A stretch of DNA of 64,000 bases from an uncultured Eubacteriales bacterium (GTDB lineage Bacteria > Bacillota > TC1): NCBI GenBank assembly GCA_964415195.1, contig CAYPYD010000001.1, forward strand, positions 327,378-391,377. The letters are read 5' to 3'. Both the position numbers and the translations under genes were made by a program. Positions 9,467 to 18,815 of the stretch are shown piece after piece. The stretch's first letter is position 1. The number at the start of each line of letters is the position of its first letter. The notes under the pieces are model-generated. The model saw only the letters and a program-made list of their open reading frames with translations, was not told the DNA's origin and ran no database searches.

Positions 9467-10392
9467 TGAGCAGTTTTAAGAACCTTCGGATAGTAGACAA
9501 TTTCTATCAGACATCAGCCTTCTTTCCAATGCCTACAGTCATGATAAGCACACTTACACCTGAAGGAGAAACCTCCCTTGGACCATATTCATTAATTCAG
9601 CCCTATTACATTGCAGGACGGGATTATTACGCCATGCTACTATGCACTCGTAATTCCTCAAACACCGCTCAGCATCTATTACAATATGGAAAATGTGCTT
9701 TAAACTTCATCACCGATGAAAAAAAATACTTCAAAGAAGCTGTGCGACTTGGCTTTCCTGGGGATAAGCCCGAGGAGAAAATGAAAAACAGCATCTTTAC
9801 ACTCGAAGATGGTCAGATGACCAGCGAACACCCTGGGGAAAAGTTCCCCAAGGTTATCAAAGAAGCCTATCAGGTAATGGAATGTACCTGGATGAGTGAA
9901 CTTGACAACGCTCAAAACGATAAACCAGGTCTCCTTGAGGGCTACCCAGGACCATATCATGACTTCAACGGAATAACCAGTCAATATGGAGCTCATTTTA
10001 TCCTGCGAGTCGACAAGATACTTATGAAAGAGCGTTACTATAAGGCTATCATCAATGGAGTAAAGGCATCAGACTTTCCTTCAGTTCCAGTGGACTACGG
10101 TTATCGTGACAGCAAGTCCTTCTGGTATACACCCTTTAAAAGACCACGAACAGCGCCTCTAGCCAAGCGAGAGGCTAGTCTGTCATCAGTTAAGTACGCA
10201 GCAGATCGAGCTGATGATACTGTAAAATTTACTGATGAAGCTTGTATGAAACTACTAAAGGTACCTCGCATCTTCCTGCCAACTGCTTTAAAAGGCTGTG
10301 TGCAGTGGGCTAAGGCAAATAACGTTAACCTTATTACCGGAGAACATATGGACATCATTAACGATAAGCGCAGTAAAGAAAAATCCAGATAA
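9466..10392 (+). CDS. Flavin-reductase-like domain protein (tentative)
   Basis: The start overlaps the MFS stop (TAATG). N-terminal 'PMPTVMISTL..EGE.SLGPYS' resembles the FMN-binding split-barrel flavin reductase fold. The rest is unassigned. Confidence 0.4.
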   Translation: MSSFKNLRIVDNFYQTSAFFPMPTVMISTLTPEGETSLGPYSLIQPYYIAGRDYYAMLLCTRNSSNTAQHLLQYGKCALNFITDEKKYFKEAVRLGFPGDKPEEKMKNSIFTLEDGQMTSEHPGEKFPKVIKEAYQVMECTWMSELDNAQNDKPGLLEGYPGPYHDFNGITSQYGAHFILRVDKILMKERYYKAIINGVKASDFPSVPVDYGYRDSKSFWYTPFKRPRTAPLAKREASLSSVKYAADRADDTVKFTDEACMKLLKVPRIFLPTALKGCVQWAKANNVNLITGEHMDIINDKRSKEKSR

Positions 10393-10412
10393 CTGGAGAA
10401 AAGAGGAAGTAT

Positions 10413-10907
10413 ATGAAAACTGTAGTAATTTATTTTTCACTCGAAGGCAATACAAAATATATCGCAGAAGAAATTTCCAAAGAACTAAATGCAGATATAA
10501 TACAATTAATACCAGTAAAAGAATATCCGACAGGCAAAGTAAGTAAGTATTTTTGGGGAGGTAAAAGCACCACTTTTAAGGAGACTCCTAAGCTGGAATC
10601 ATTTAAGTTTGATCCCGATATTTACGACTTAGTTATATTGGGAACACCTATTTGGGCAGGTACATTTACACCACCACTTCGTTCATTTATAAAGAAAACT
10701 AAATTAACAGGTAAAAAAATAGCCATGTTTGCAACTTGTTCCGGTGGCTCAACAGAAAAATGCTTTAAACAATTGGAAAAAGAAATATCTGATGGTACTG
10801 TTCTTGCAACTATGGGATTCATTGATCCTCTTAAGAATGCAAATAGTGAAAATAGTAATAAAGTTGTTGAATTCTGTACGAAGCTAAAAACATATATGTC
10901 TAGATAG
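10413..10907 (+). CDS. Flavodoxin family protein
   Basis: N-terminal 'MKTVVIYFSLEGNTKYIAEEI' (flavodoxin phosphate-binding loop) and 'ILGTPIWAG'; 164 aa. Confidence 0.75.
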   Translation: MKTVVIYFSLEGNTKYIAEEISKELNADIIQLIPVKEYPTGKVSKYFWGGKSTTFKETPKLESFKFDPDIYDLVILGTPIWAGTFTPPLRSFIKKTKLTGKKIAMFATCSGGSTEKCFKQLEKEISDGTVLATMGFIDPLKNANSENSNKVVEFCTKLKTYMSR

Positions 10908-11021
10908 AAGGTTATAAACTCAACACAAAATTAAAAAAAACATCTCATGGAAATATTAAATTTAATTTTAATATCATATTATGTTTGGTATAATTAATTT
11001 AACAAATTTTGGGGGTGGAAT

Positions 11022-12287
11022 ATGAAAAACAATATTATAAAAGAAATAACAACAAAATTATCTGAATATGGAATAGAATACAATGAAGGTGGAGATACAG
11101 ACTTAAGTATTAACAAAGAGTTTCTTGACGCCAAATGGAGTACAGGAGACAAAAAAATAAAATACGAAAGCAATATCCTAATAAATGATCAGGAAAAAAC
11201 AATATATATGTACGAAAAGACCACGGAAATTGGTAAGGGACTATCCCTTGGCGGAGGTGTTGATTCTTCATTCCAAAGTGGTACTACACTCTATCGTAAA
11301 GTGAAGAGTATTCAATATGGACCTGAGGGTAAAGCTTATGATATAGAACTTGACCTTGGCGCAATACCTAAGGCAGTAAAGGATATAGCCAAGAAATATG
11401 AATATAAGTTCAAGACAGTAATCATGAAGAAAAAGGCTATGTATCCAACTGGAAGTGCAGCAGGTAAAAGTGTTGCAAGTAGTGTTGTAAGTAATATTGA
11501 AGGAAGTAACACTAAAGATAGTAAAGTTGTACAAAAATTTGACATAAATAGTATCCCTAAGAGTTCTTTAATAGGTCTTGGAATATTGGGTGTAGTTGTT
11601 GCTCTACTTTATATTTTGATGGAAGTCACAATTATCGGTTGGATTTTAGCTCTTGTTTCATTTGGCTTGTTGTTCTACTATTTTTATTCCCATCCTTTAT
11701 TAAATGTTGTTTTGAAGGTAGTTATTTTGGTAGTTTCCCTGATAGTTCTGTTTATAGTTGGGGCTATGTCTTCAAATATGGATACCAATAGCGTAGCAGA
11801 TAAGAATGGGAACCAAGTTGTTGAAAAGGCTGATGAAGATAAAGAAGAAAGTACTGTTGACAACTCCAAGACAGTTGTTGGCATAAACTTGGCCAAGCCT
11901 GCTAATTGGGATTTAGTAGGTCAAAATGGCAAGGTTCTATATAGTTATCGTAAGAGTGATTTGAGTACTGTTGTTGTTATGAGTCTGACTTCTGTTGATC
12001 AGAAAATTTATAAACAAAAAGAGATATCGAAGGAAGATATTACTAGTACTACTGTTGCTAAGGTTAGTAGTTTTGAGAAGATTAAGATTGGTGATTGGAA
12101 TGCAGTTAAGATACTAGGTGATGATACAACTGGTACTGGTGGAAATTATGTTTATATATATTTTATTGATCTTCCTGGTTATACTGATGTTTCAATTATG
12201 GCTTATGGTCGTACTTTGGAGGAAGCTAATACAGTTGCTAGTGAGTGGGAAGGTTTTCTTCCAGGTTTGCAGTTGGAGTTTCAATAG
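11022..12287 (+). CDS. Hypothetical membrane protein
   Basis: RBS GGGGTGG. Cytoplasmic N-terminal ~180 aa, 2-3 TM helices, then an extracytoplasmic C-terminal domain. No family motif recognised. An extended -10 TGgTATAAT lies at ~10985-10995. Confidence 0.55.
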   Translation: MKNNIIKEITTKLSEYGIEYNEGGDTDLSINKEFLDAKWSTGDKKIKYESNILINDQEKTIYMYEKTTEIGKGLSLGGGVDSSFQSGTTLYRKVKSIQYGPEGKAYDIELDLGAIPKAVKDIAKKYEYKFKTVIMKKKAMYPTGSAAGKSVASSVVSNIEGSNTKDSKVVQKFDINSIPKSSLIGLGILGVVVALLYILMEVTIIGWILALVSFGLLFYYFYSHPLLNVVLKVVILVVSLIVLFIVGAMSSNMDTNSVADKNGNQVVEKADEDKEESTVDNSKTVVGINLAKPANWDLVGQNGKVLYSYRKSDLSTVVVMSLTSVDQKIYKQKEISKEDITSTTVAKVSSFEKIKIGDWNAVKILGDDTTGTGGNYVYIYFIDLPGYTDVSIMAYGRTLEEANTVASEWEGFLPGLQLEFQ

Positions 12288-12839
12288 GTGTTTACATATT
12301 TATATGATCTAGATAAAGGAATATTGTTCTTTATTCATACATATTTGCATTTTCCTTTTTTGGATAAGTTTATGATTCTGGCAACTCATGCAGGTGATAA
12401 GGGTTTGGTATGGTTGTTGATTGTTGCTGTCTTGTTGTTTAATAGGAAGTATAGATATGTTGGGGTTTTGACTTTGGTAGCCTTGGCTTTAAATGCTCTT
12501 ATTGGTGAACAGTTTTTGAAATATATTTTTCAAAGACCAAGGCCTTATACTGATTTTCCTTTTGTTGATTTGTTAGTAGGTAAGTATAGAACTTTTTCCT
12601 TTCCATCTGGACATACCGCATCTTCTTTTGCTGCAGCCTTTATTTTAAGCAAGTACTTGAAGAAGTATTCATTGGTTTTTTGGAGTATGGCTGTTGTGAT
12701 TTCTTTTTCTAGGGTGTATCTTTTTATGCATTATCCTAGTGATGTGCTTGGGGGAATTATTCTTGGGTTGTTTTGTGGGGTGTTGGTTTCATATCTTTTT
12801 GAACACAAATTCAAGGATAAGCATAAGGTATTAGATTAA
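12288..12839 (+). CDS. PAP2-family phosphatase (undecaprenyl-diphosphatase/BcrC-like)
   Basis: PAP2 motifs 'RPRPY', 'PSGHTASS' and 'SRVYLFMHYPSDVLGG'. The GTG start abuts the upstream stop codon. Confidence 0.8.
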   Translation: MFTYLYDLDKGILFFIHTYLHFPFLDKFMILATHAGDKGLVWLLIVAVLLFNRKYRYVGVLTLVALALNALIGEQFLKYIFQRPRPYTDFPFVDLLVGKYRTFSFPSGHTASSFAAAFILSKYLKKYSLVFWSMAVVISFSRVYLFMHYPSDVLGGIILGLFCGVLVSYLFEHKFKDKHKVLD

Positions 12840-12882
12840 ACAAATAAATAAATTAAATAAATGAATTATAAATTTATAATAT

Positions 12883-12920
12883 AGTAGAGCACCTCAGAAT
12901 CTGAGGTGCTCTACTATTTA
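12883..12920. terminator. Strong hairpin terminator
   Basis: tagtagagcacctcag aat ctgaggtgctctacta followed by ttta; 16-bp perfect stem. Confidence 0.8.
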
Positions 12921-13084
12921 GTTGAAATATTTTAAAATTTTTATTGTAATTCCAAATGGTTAAGTCTATAATAAGGTTAGATAGTGATATGGAAATATTC
13001 CATGTATATATGGAATTAATTAATATAAAAAGTGAATAATATATACTATAAGATAATTGTTCAGTAGTGGGGAGTGGTGTATCT

Positions 13085-13279
13085 GTGAAGAATAAAAAGA
13101 TGAAAATAGCAAGGATTGAAAGTGATGTTTCACAAGAGCAGTTGGCGAATATTGTAGGAGTTACCAGGCAGACAATAAGTCTTATAGAATCAGGAACATA
13201 TAATCCGTCATTAAAATTGTGTGTTGATATTTGCAAGGCACTTAATAAAACATTAAATGACTTATTTTGGGAGGTATGA
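13085..13279 (+). CDS. XRE-family HTH transcriptional regulator (small, ~64 aa)
   Basis: 'SQEQLANIVGVTRQTISLIESGTYNPSL' is a Cro/C1-type HTH. The GTG at 13085 gives the family-typical 'MKNKKMKIARIE' N-terminus. Confidence 0.75.
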   Translation: MKNKKMKIARIESDVSQEQLANIVGVTRQTISLIESGTYNPSLKLCVDICKALNKTLNDLFWEV

Positions 13280-13281
13280 TT

Positions 13282-13746
13282 ATGAACGTTAATAAAATAG
13301 TTAAGGAAGCAAGGGTTATTATGATTGTGGGCTTAGTAATTGGTTTTCTATTACTTGGTTTAGGTATTGTTTTTAATATTTTGGATGTGGGCTTTATAGA
13401 GAATAAGAGAGCTTTGATTGGTTTGTCCTTTATACCTTTTAGTATAGCTATAATTTATTTTATTAAGCTTTCAGGAATAAGGAAGACTCCAGATAAGATG
13501 AAGAATATTATCATTACTGAAAATGATGAAAGGCTTGTGGCTTTAAAGAATGAAGCTGATGCTGTAGCTTTTAAGATTGTTCAAGGGGCTATTTTTTTAA
13601 GCTATATGGGTTATACCTTATTGGTTCCTGAGGATATTTTTGAATCTGTGGGTTGGTGGATTTTAATGGGTCTTCTTTTTATTGCCTTCATGTCTCAAGG
13701 TATACTAGCTGCAAGGGCAATGAAGAATCCTAAGTCTGAAGAATAG
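13282..13746 (+). CDS. Membrane protein co-transcribed with the XRE regulator
   Basis: ATG 6 nt after GGAGGT; overlaps the regulator's stop region. Four predicted TM helices. Confidence 0.6.
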   Translation: MNVNKIVKEARVIMIVGLVIGFLLLGLGIVFNILDVGFIENKRALIGLSFIPFSIAIIYFIKLSGIRKTPDKMKNIIITENDERLVALKNEADAVAFKIVQGAIFLSYMGYTLLVPEDIFESVGWWILMGLLFIAFMSQGILAARAMKNPKSEE

Positions 13747-13883
13747 TAAAACTTTTGATAAGTATATATTTAATGAACTTGCATGAATTTAGAATAAAAA
13801 TTGACATTAATAACAGTGATTGTATATTATAAATATATATTCTTTACACAAAATAACAACAATACCATTAGGAGACAGAATCA

Positions 13884-15452
13884 ATGATACTTAACCAGGA
13901 AAAGATTAATAAGAACAAACCCCTTATTTATGCAACATTAGCGTTGACAATATATATGGTAGTTTATTATATAATGCTTAATATCCTGAAAAATCAAGCA
14001 CTGATCATATTTAGTGATATCATGGGAATCTTGGGACTTATACTAAGTCTCCTAATAATGATATATGCCATCAACAGACACACTTCCAAAAGCAAAAAAG
14101 AAATGTGGACTATATTCGCAATTGGCATATTTTTCTATATTCTCGCAGATAGTGTCTGGTTTATAAGTGAAACAATGAACAATCTAGAATCATACTTGCT
14201 TATTACAGACATTTTATATACCATTCAGTCAATATTATTTATTGTAGCTCTATATAAATTTGCCTTCCGAAAAAGTAATCCAAGAAGAATAATTAAGAGC
14301 ATCGATATATTAATAGGATTAATGTTAATAATCATGTTAGAGTTGAAGTATTTAATCATACCAGTATTAAAACTAACCATTCAAAACGGACTATTATCAT
14401 ATCTGTTCCTAATTTATCCAATTACAGATTTAATTATGCTTATCATCCTTATTATGATGGTCATTAGACCCACAGACCAAAAGATGATAAAAATAACTAG
14501 ACTTATGCTAATACCAATTATAATAAATATAATTATTGATCAAGTCTATGTTATAGAAGCAATAAATAATAATTACAGTTCTGGTAGCTGGCTAGATCCC
14601 CTATGGCCACTGGCAACCTGGCTTCTGGCAATAATAGCATTAATTTCATTAGAACAAAACACCATAGTTACAGAAAATGAAGAAGATAATGTAGATATTC
14701 TAGGTGTTAGTCAATCAATAAGAAATGCTACTGTAATAATGTTCTATATCGCTTTTTTACTATTTGGAGTTTATGTTTTCAGCAGGTATTTGATTATTGA
14801 TGTTTTATCAGTCGGTTTCCTTCTAATTGTAGCTATATTAATTATTAGAGATATGTTTTATTCAGTTAATATGGCCAAGTTGTTTGAAAAAATTAAAGTA
14901 GTAAACAAGGATCTGGAAATTGTTAATGAGAAACTTGATGTTGAGTCAAAGACAGACTTTATGACAGGACTGAACAATAGAAGACAGATAATGAATTTAT
15001 ACTCTCATCTAAAAAAACATGCATTAAAAGAAAACAAACTGTTATCAGTTATAATGATTGATATTGATTACTTCAAGAAAATTAATGATAAATATGGACA
15101 CGAAGCAGGAGATAAGGTGTTAAAAAAAGTATCTGAATTACTTCTAGAAAATACTAGAGGAAATGATCATGTTGGCCGCTTTGGTGGAGAGGAATTTATG
15201 ATACTTATGCCTGACTGTAATAGGGATAAGGCTTATGGACTTGCAGAAAGAATCAGGATGAAAATAGAAGAGACTCCTATTACAATTGATAACTCAGGAA
15301 CACAGGTGAATGTTACAATAAGTGTAGGTATATCATGTCTAGATTCAAGAATTCAGAATAATAAAGATACAATAAGCGAAGCAGATAAAGCATTATATGT
15401 TGCTAAGGAAAAAGGTCGTAACCAGGTAATAAACTTTAATGTTGCCACTTAA
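13884..15452 (+). CDS. Membrane-bound diguanylate cyclase (multi-TM sensor plus GGDEF)
   Basis: About 9-10 TM helices, then a GGDEF domain with intact 'RFGGEEF' and an RxxD I-site ('RGND') five residues upstream. Confidence 0.85.
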   Translation: MILNQEKINKNKPLIYATLALTIYMVVYYIMLNILKNQALIIFSDIMGILGLILSLLIMIYAINRHTSKSKKEMWTIFAIGIFFYILADSVWFISETMNNLESYLLITDILYTIQSILFIVALYKFAFRKSNPRRIIKSIDILIGLMLIIMLELKYLIIPVLKLTIQNGLLSYLFLIYPITDLIMLIILIMMVIRPTDQKMIKITRLMLIPIIINIIIDQVYVIEAINNNYSSGSWLDPLWPLATWLLAIIALISLEQNTIVTENEEDNVDILGVSQSIRNATVIMFYIAFLLFGVYVFSRYLIIDVLSVGFLLIVAILIIRDMFYSVNMAKLFEKIKVVNKDLEIVNEKLDVESKTDFMTGLNNRRQIMNLYSHLKKHALKENKLLSVIMIDIDYFKKINDKYGHEAGDKVLKKVSELLLENTRGNDHVGRFGGEEFMILMPDCNRDKAYGLAERIRMKIEETPITIDNSGTQVNVTISVGISCLDSRIQNNKDTISEADKALYVAKEKGRNQVINFNVAT

Positions 15453-15455
15453 AAT

Positions 15456-15493
15456 AATAGCCTCCATGGTATAAACCAAGGAGGCTATTTTAA
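15456..15493. terminator. Bidirectional terminator between convergent genes
   Basis: aatagcctcc ... ggaggctatt, flanked by A/T runs. Confidence 0.75.
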
Positions 15494-15503
15494 TATCCGA
15501 TAA

Positions 15504-16988
15504 TTATTGTTGTAATTCAAACTTCAAATCATTAATAGTTGCTTCTTGCTCTGCTATTTTTGTCTCAAGATTCTGTATCTTGGCTTCATAATCACTGACA
15601 AGATTATAATGAACATTCAAGGCTTCATTATTAGCCTTTAGTTTTTCAATGTTTTCTTTAGTAGTATAGATTTTTATATCCTTTAATTGACTATTCTGAT
15701 TTAGTAATTTCTTATCATTTAAGTAGTTAATTGATTCTTTCATCATCTTGAAGATCTCAGGGCTTTCACTAAAAATATATAGTTGTTTGTATTCAGCTTC
15801 ATCATATATATTATAAGATGAAGTGCTATACCTATTTGTTAAGTATTCGATCTTAATATTTTGGTTGTTGCTTTCAATATATTCAATACTATTACCTATA
15901 GTATTGTTGATAACTAATTTATCATTCATTTCTACTTCCATTGACTGGGTTACCATTAACTCTTTACCGTCACTGATTTCAAAGTCTAAAGAACCAATAA
16001 ACATTAGTCCAGAACCAACTCCGGCAATTATTAAACTTATAAGGAAGGTCCAGATCATTATTTTCTTTTTGTTTTGTCTGTTGAAGACAAAGTTGAGTAG
16101 TATTAGTTCTACTATTACTGTTATTGCTATGGCAGCGAGTAGGGTAACTAAGGTACCGAAGAAGAATACTCCAGTTTTTGCTATTAGAAAGGATAGTACT
16201 ACACCTACTACTAAGCTAATAAGTATAAATGCTATGAATATTAGTGTTATAAGAGCCCAGATTTTTATTAAGCCTACTATTGCCTTTAGTAGTCCGTTAA
16301 TGAATTTATATTCACTATGCTTAGGGTCTCTTAGTATAATTTTTTCACTTTTTTGTTTTGGTTCTAATGTTGTGTTAGTCGATGTTTCTATTTCTATCTC
16401 ATTTACAATTTCAATTTCATTGTTATCTGTAGCAATTTCATAGTAGTCTATGTATCTAGTTTTGAATATATGGAGCCAGATTATGATTCCGATGATTAGG
16501 GTTACTACATCGTAGATTGATTGTGCTATGGAGGATAGTACCTGGTATATTTTGTCTGGTAGTATTTGTATTATGTTATTGAATAGGCTATTAAATACAG
16601 TGCCTATGATGCCAAATGTTATTAGCAGTAATGCTATAATTATGGCTTGTTCGAATAGACATTTTAGTTTTGTTTTTGTATTAAAGCTTAAGAACATGTT
16701 GAAGGTTTTGCTTATAAAGTTTAGGAAGTCATCTATGTATTTGTTAATGTTGTTTTTTGTTTGTTGTTCTGATTTGATTTCTCTTATGTCGTTGTTTAGC
16801 AGGTCATTTATATCCAAATTGAATCTGTTACAAATCTGTAGTATCTTATCCATTTCAGGGTAGGTGTTTCCTGATTCCCATTTGGAGATGGCTTGTCTGG
16901 ATACTTTTAGTTCTTCTGCTAATTGTTCTTGTGAAAGATTATGATCTTTTCTTATCTTCTTGAGATTTTCTGCTAGTTTTTTATTCAT
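15504..16988 (-). CDS. Membrane-anchored XRE-family HTH protein with C-terminal coiled coil
   Basis: RBS AGAAGGAG. N-terminal 'NLKKIRKDHNLSQEQLAEELKVSRQAISKWESG'. At least 5 TM helices. Extracytoplasmic domain and a terminal heptad-like 'LVSDYEAKIQNLETKIAEQEATINDLKFELQQ'. Confidence 0.75.
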   Translation of the reverse strand: MNKKLAENLKKIRKDHNLSQEQLAEELKVSRQAISKWESGNTYPEMDKILQICNRFNLDINDLLNNDIREIKSEQQTKNNINKYIDDFLNFISKTFNMFLSFNTKTKLKCLFEQAIIIALLLITFGIIGTVFNSLFNNIIQILPDKIYQVLSSIAQSIYDVVTLIIGIIIWLHIFKTRYIDYYEIATDNNEIEIVNEIEIETSTNTTLEPKQKSEKIILRDPKHSEYKFINGLLKAIVGLIKIWALITLIFIAFILISLVVGVVLSFLIAKTGVFFFGTLVTLLAAIAITVIVELILLNFVFNRQNKKKIMIWTFLISLIIAGVGSGLMFIGSLDFEISDGKELMVTQSMEVEMNDKLVINNTIGNSIEYIESNNQNIKIEYLTNRYSTSSYNIYDEAEYKQLYIFSESPEIFKMMKESINYLNDKKLLNQNSQLKDIKIYTTKENIEKLKANNEALNVHYNLVSDYEAKIQNLETKIAEQEATINDLKFELQQ

Positions 16989-17218
16989 CTGTTTTCTCCT
17001 TCTATGAGTTATCTTTACAAGACAATAGTATAATTTCTAATGGTTGCAAACTACCAACTTCTGGTTGTTTTTTGTATAAAGTTGGTTGCATCCCACTTAT
17101 TATACTATAAATACAACAAAAACAATCATTTTGAGCTACTTGGAAAAATTTCAGATCCTATTTTTTAATTTGTAAATTCAACTTGCATTTTAAATTTCAT
17201 TGGGTTAATATTGATATA

Positions 17219-17232
17219 TGGAACCGGTTCCA
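17219..17232. promoter_or_regulatory. Perfect 14-bp palindrome TGGAACCGGTTCCA (cre-like / LacI-family operator-like)
   Basis: Fits WTGNAANCGNWNNCW. Lies ~110 nt upstream of the aldehyde dehydrogenase start, in an operon that itself encodes a LacI-family regulator. Confidence 0.5.
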
Positions 17233-17340
17233 AATTACCTCGGCAATCATATTCTAACCAATAGTTATTTAGAAATATTTGAAACAACTATGTATTTAGA
17301 ATATTTAATATACAACAGATGAAAGGAGCTAAAGAAAAAA

Positions 17341-18804
17341 ATGAACTATGTAATCGGAAGTTATCAAAACTATGTAGGCGGAGAATGGGTTGAACCAAAA
17401 AGTGGAGAATACAAAGAACAACACTCCACCATCGACGGAACAGCAGTATCAAAATGCCCAATGTCAGGAATGAAAGACGTGGAGGAGGCAGTAGGAGTTG
17501 CCAAGTCAGCATTCGAAATGGCAGATTGGGCCAATAACCCAAGAAAACGCTCCAAAGCCCTATTATGCTGGGCTGCTAAGATTAAGGAAAATATAAACGA
17601 ACTAGCCACTGCCCTAAGCTGGCAAGTAGGCAAACCATTTAAGGAAAGTTTCGGAGAAATGATGGGAGCCATCGGCTACCTGGAATACTATGCAGGAGCA
17701 ACACGTACCCTGTATGGTGCAACAACCTCCATAGATGAATACACAACCTCAATACTAGCAAGAGAACCAGTAGGAGTAATAGGCGTTATAGTACCATGGA
17801 ACTACCCAATCACCCTCCTAATGAGAGACATGGCCCCAGCACTAGCAGCAGGAAACACCTGCATCGTCAAACCAGCAGAACAAACCTCAGGCATAACCAT
17901 GAAGGTAATTGCTTTATTGGAAGGTATTCCGGAGTTTCCTGCTGGAGTAGTCAATGCCATCTGCGGTAAAGGCTCCCTTATAGGGAACGCTTTGGTTAAA
18001 CACCAAGACGTAGACATGATAGACTTCACCGGAAGTGTAGAAGTCGGCAAAGACATAATGGAACACGCCGCAGCAACAATGAAAAAACTATCCTTAGAAC
18101 TAGGCGGCAAATCAGCCAGCATAATCTTTGCAGACGCTGATCTAGAAAAAGCACTACCATATGCCATAAAAAGCATCTTCACCAACGCAGGACAACTATG
18201 CACCTCAGCCTCAAGGATTCTAGTAGAAGAATCAATAGCCGAGGACTTCATTAGTAGATTAAAAACTATGGCCGAAGCCTTAGTAGTAGGTAACCCCCTA
18301 GATCAAACAACAGAAATGGGAGCAATGAACACCCCGGTCCAAATGGAAACTGTACTAAAATATATTAAGATAGGTAAGAAAGAAGGTAAGTTACTAACTG
18401 GAGGTTATCGTTTAGAAGAAGATGGCTTAGACAAAGGCTACTTTATAGCACCAACCATTTTCTTAGATCTACCATTTAAATCAAAGTTAGTACAAGAAGA
18501 AATCTTTGGACCAGTACTCTGTATCCATACCTTTAGCAGTGAGGCAGAGGCAGTAGAGTTGGCTAACGGAACACGCTTTGGCCTAGCTTCAGGTGTCTGG
18601 ACCAAGGATATCGACAAAGCCATGAGAGTCAGCAGAAAAATGAGAGCAGGAACTACCTGGGTCAACTGCTATAACCGCCTAATGCCTGAATGTGAAACAG
18701 GAGGCTACAAGGAAAGCGGAATAGACAGAGCCGGAGGTATTGAAGGAATAAATAAGTTTACAGAAGTTAAACATGTGTGCATAGACTATGCCCCAGGTGT
18801 TTAA
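17341..18804 (+). CDS. NAD(P)-dependent aldehyde dehydrogenase
   Basis: 'ELGGKSA' and 'FTNAGQLCTSASR' (catalytic Glu and Cys motifs); 487 aa, typical ALDH length. Confidence 0.9.
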   Translation: MNYVIGSYQNYVGGEWVEPKSGEYKEQHSTIDGTAVSKCPMSGMKDVEEAVGVAKSAFEMADWANNPRKRSKALLCWAAKIKENINELATALSWQVGKPFKESFGEMMGAIGYLEYYAGATRTLYGATTSIDEYTTSILAREPVGVIGVIVPWNYPITLLMRDMAPALAAGNTCIVKPAEQTSGITMKVIALLEGIPEFPAGVVNAICGKGSLIGNALVKHQDVDMIDFTGSVEVGKDIMEHAAATMKKLSLELGGKSASIIFADADLEKALPYAIKSIFTNAGQLCTSASRILVEESIAEDFISRLKTMAEALVVGNPLDQTTEMGAMNTPVQMETVLKYIKIGKKEGKLLTGGYRLEEDGLDKGYFIAPTIFLDLPFKSKLVQEEIFGPVLCIHTFSSEAEAVELANGTRFGLASGVWTKDIDKAMRVSRKMRAGTTWVNCYNRLMPECETGGYKESGIDRAGGIEGINKFTEVKHVCIDYAPGV

Positions 18805-18815
18805 AAGGAGAATAG

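Noticed and set aside
12874-13236. 120-aa minus-strand ORF
   Set aside because: It spans a strong terminator hairpin (12883-12916) and the start of the XRE regulator gene. It has no RBS and a low-complexity translation.
13085-13746. XRE regulator plus small membrane protein as a toxin-antitoxin pair
   Set aside because: The downstream protein is a 4-TM membrane protein with no toxin-like motif. This XRE-plus-membrane-protein arrangement is common, and I see no evidence for toxicity.
15823-16863. Plus-strand ORFs 15823..16443 and 16528..16863
   Set aside because: They are antisense to the membrane HTH gene 15504..16988, which has a strong RBS and a recognisable HTH. Hydrophobic antisense frames are typical shadows of membrane-protein genes.
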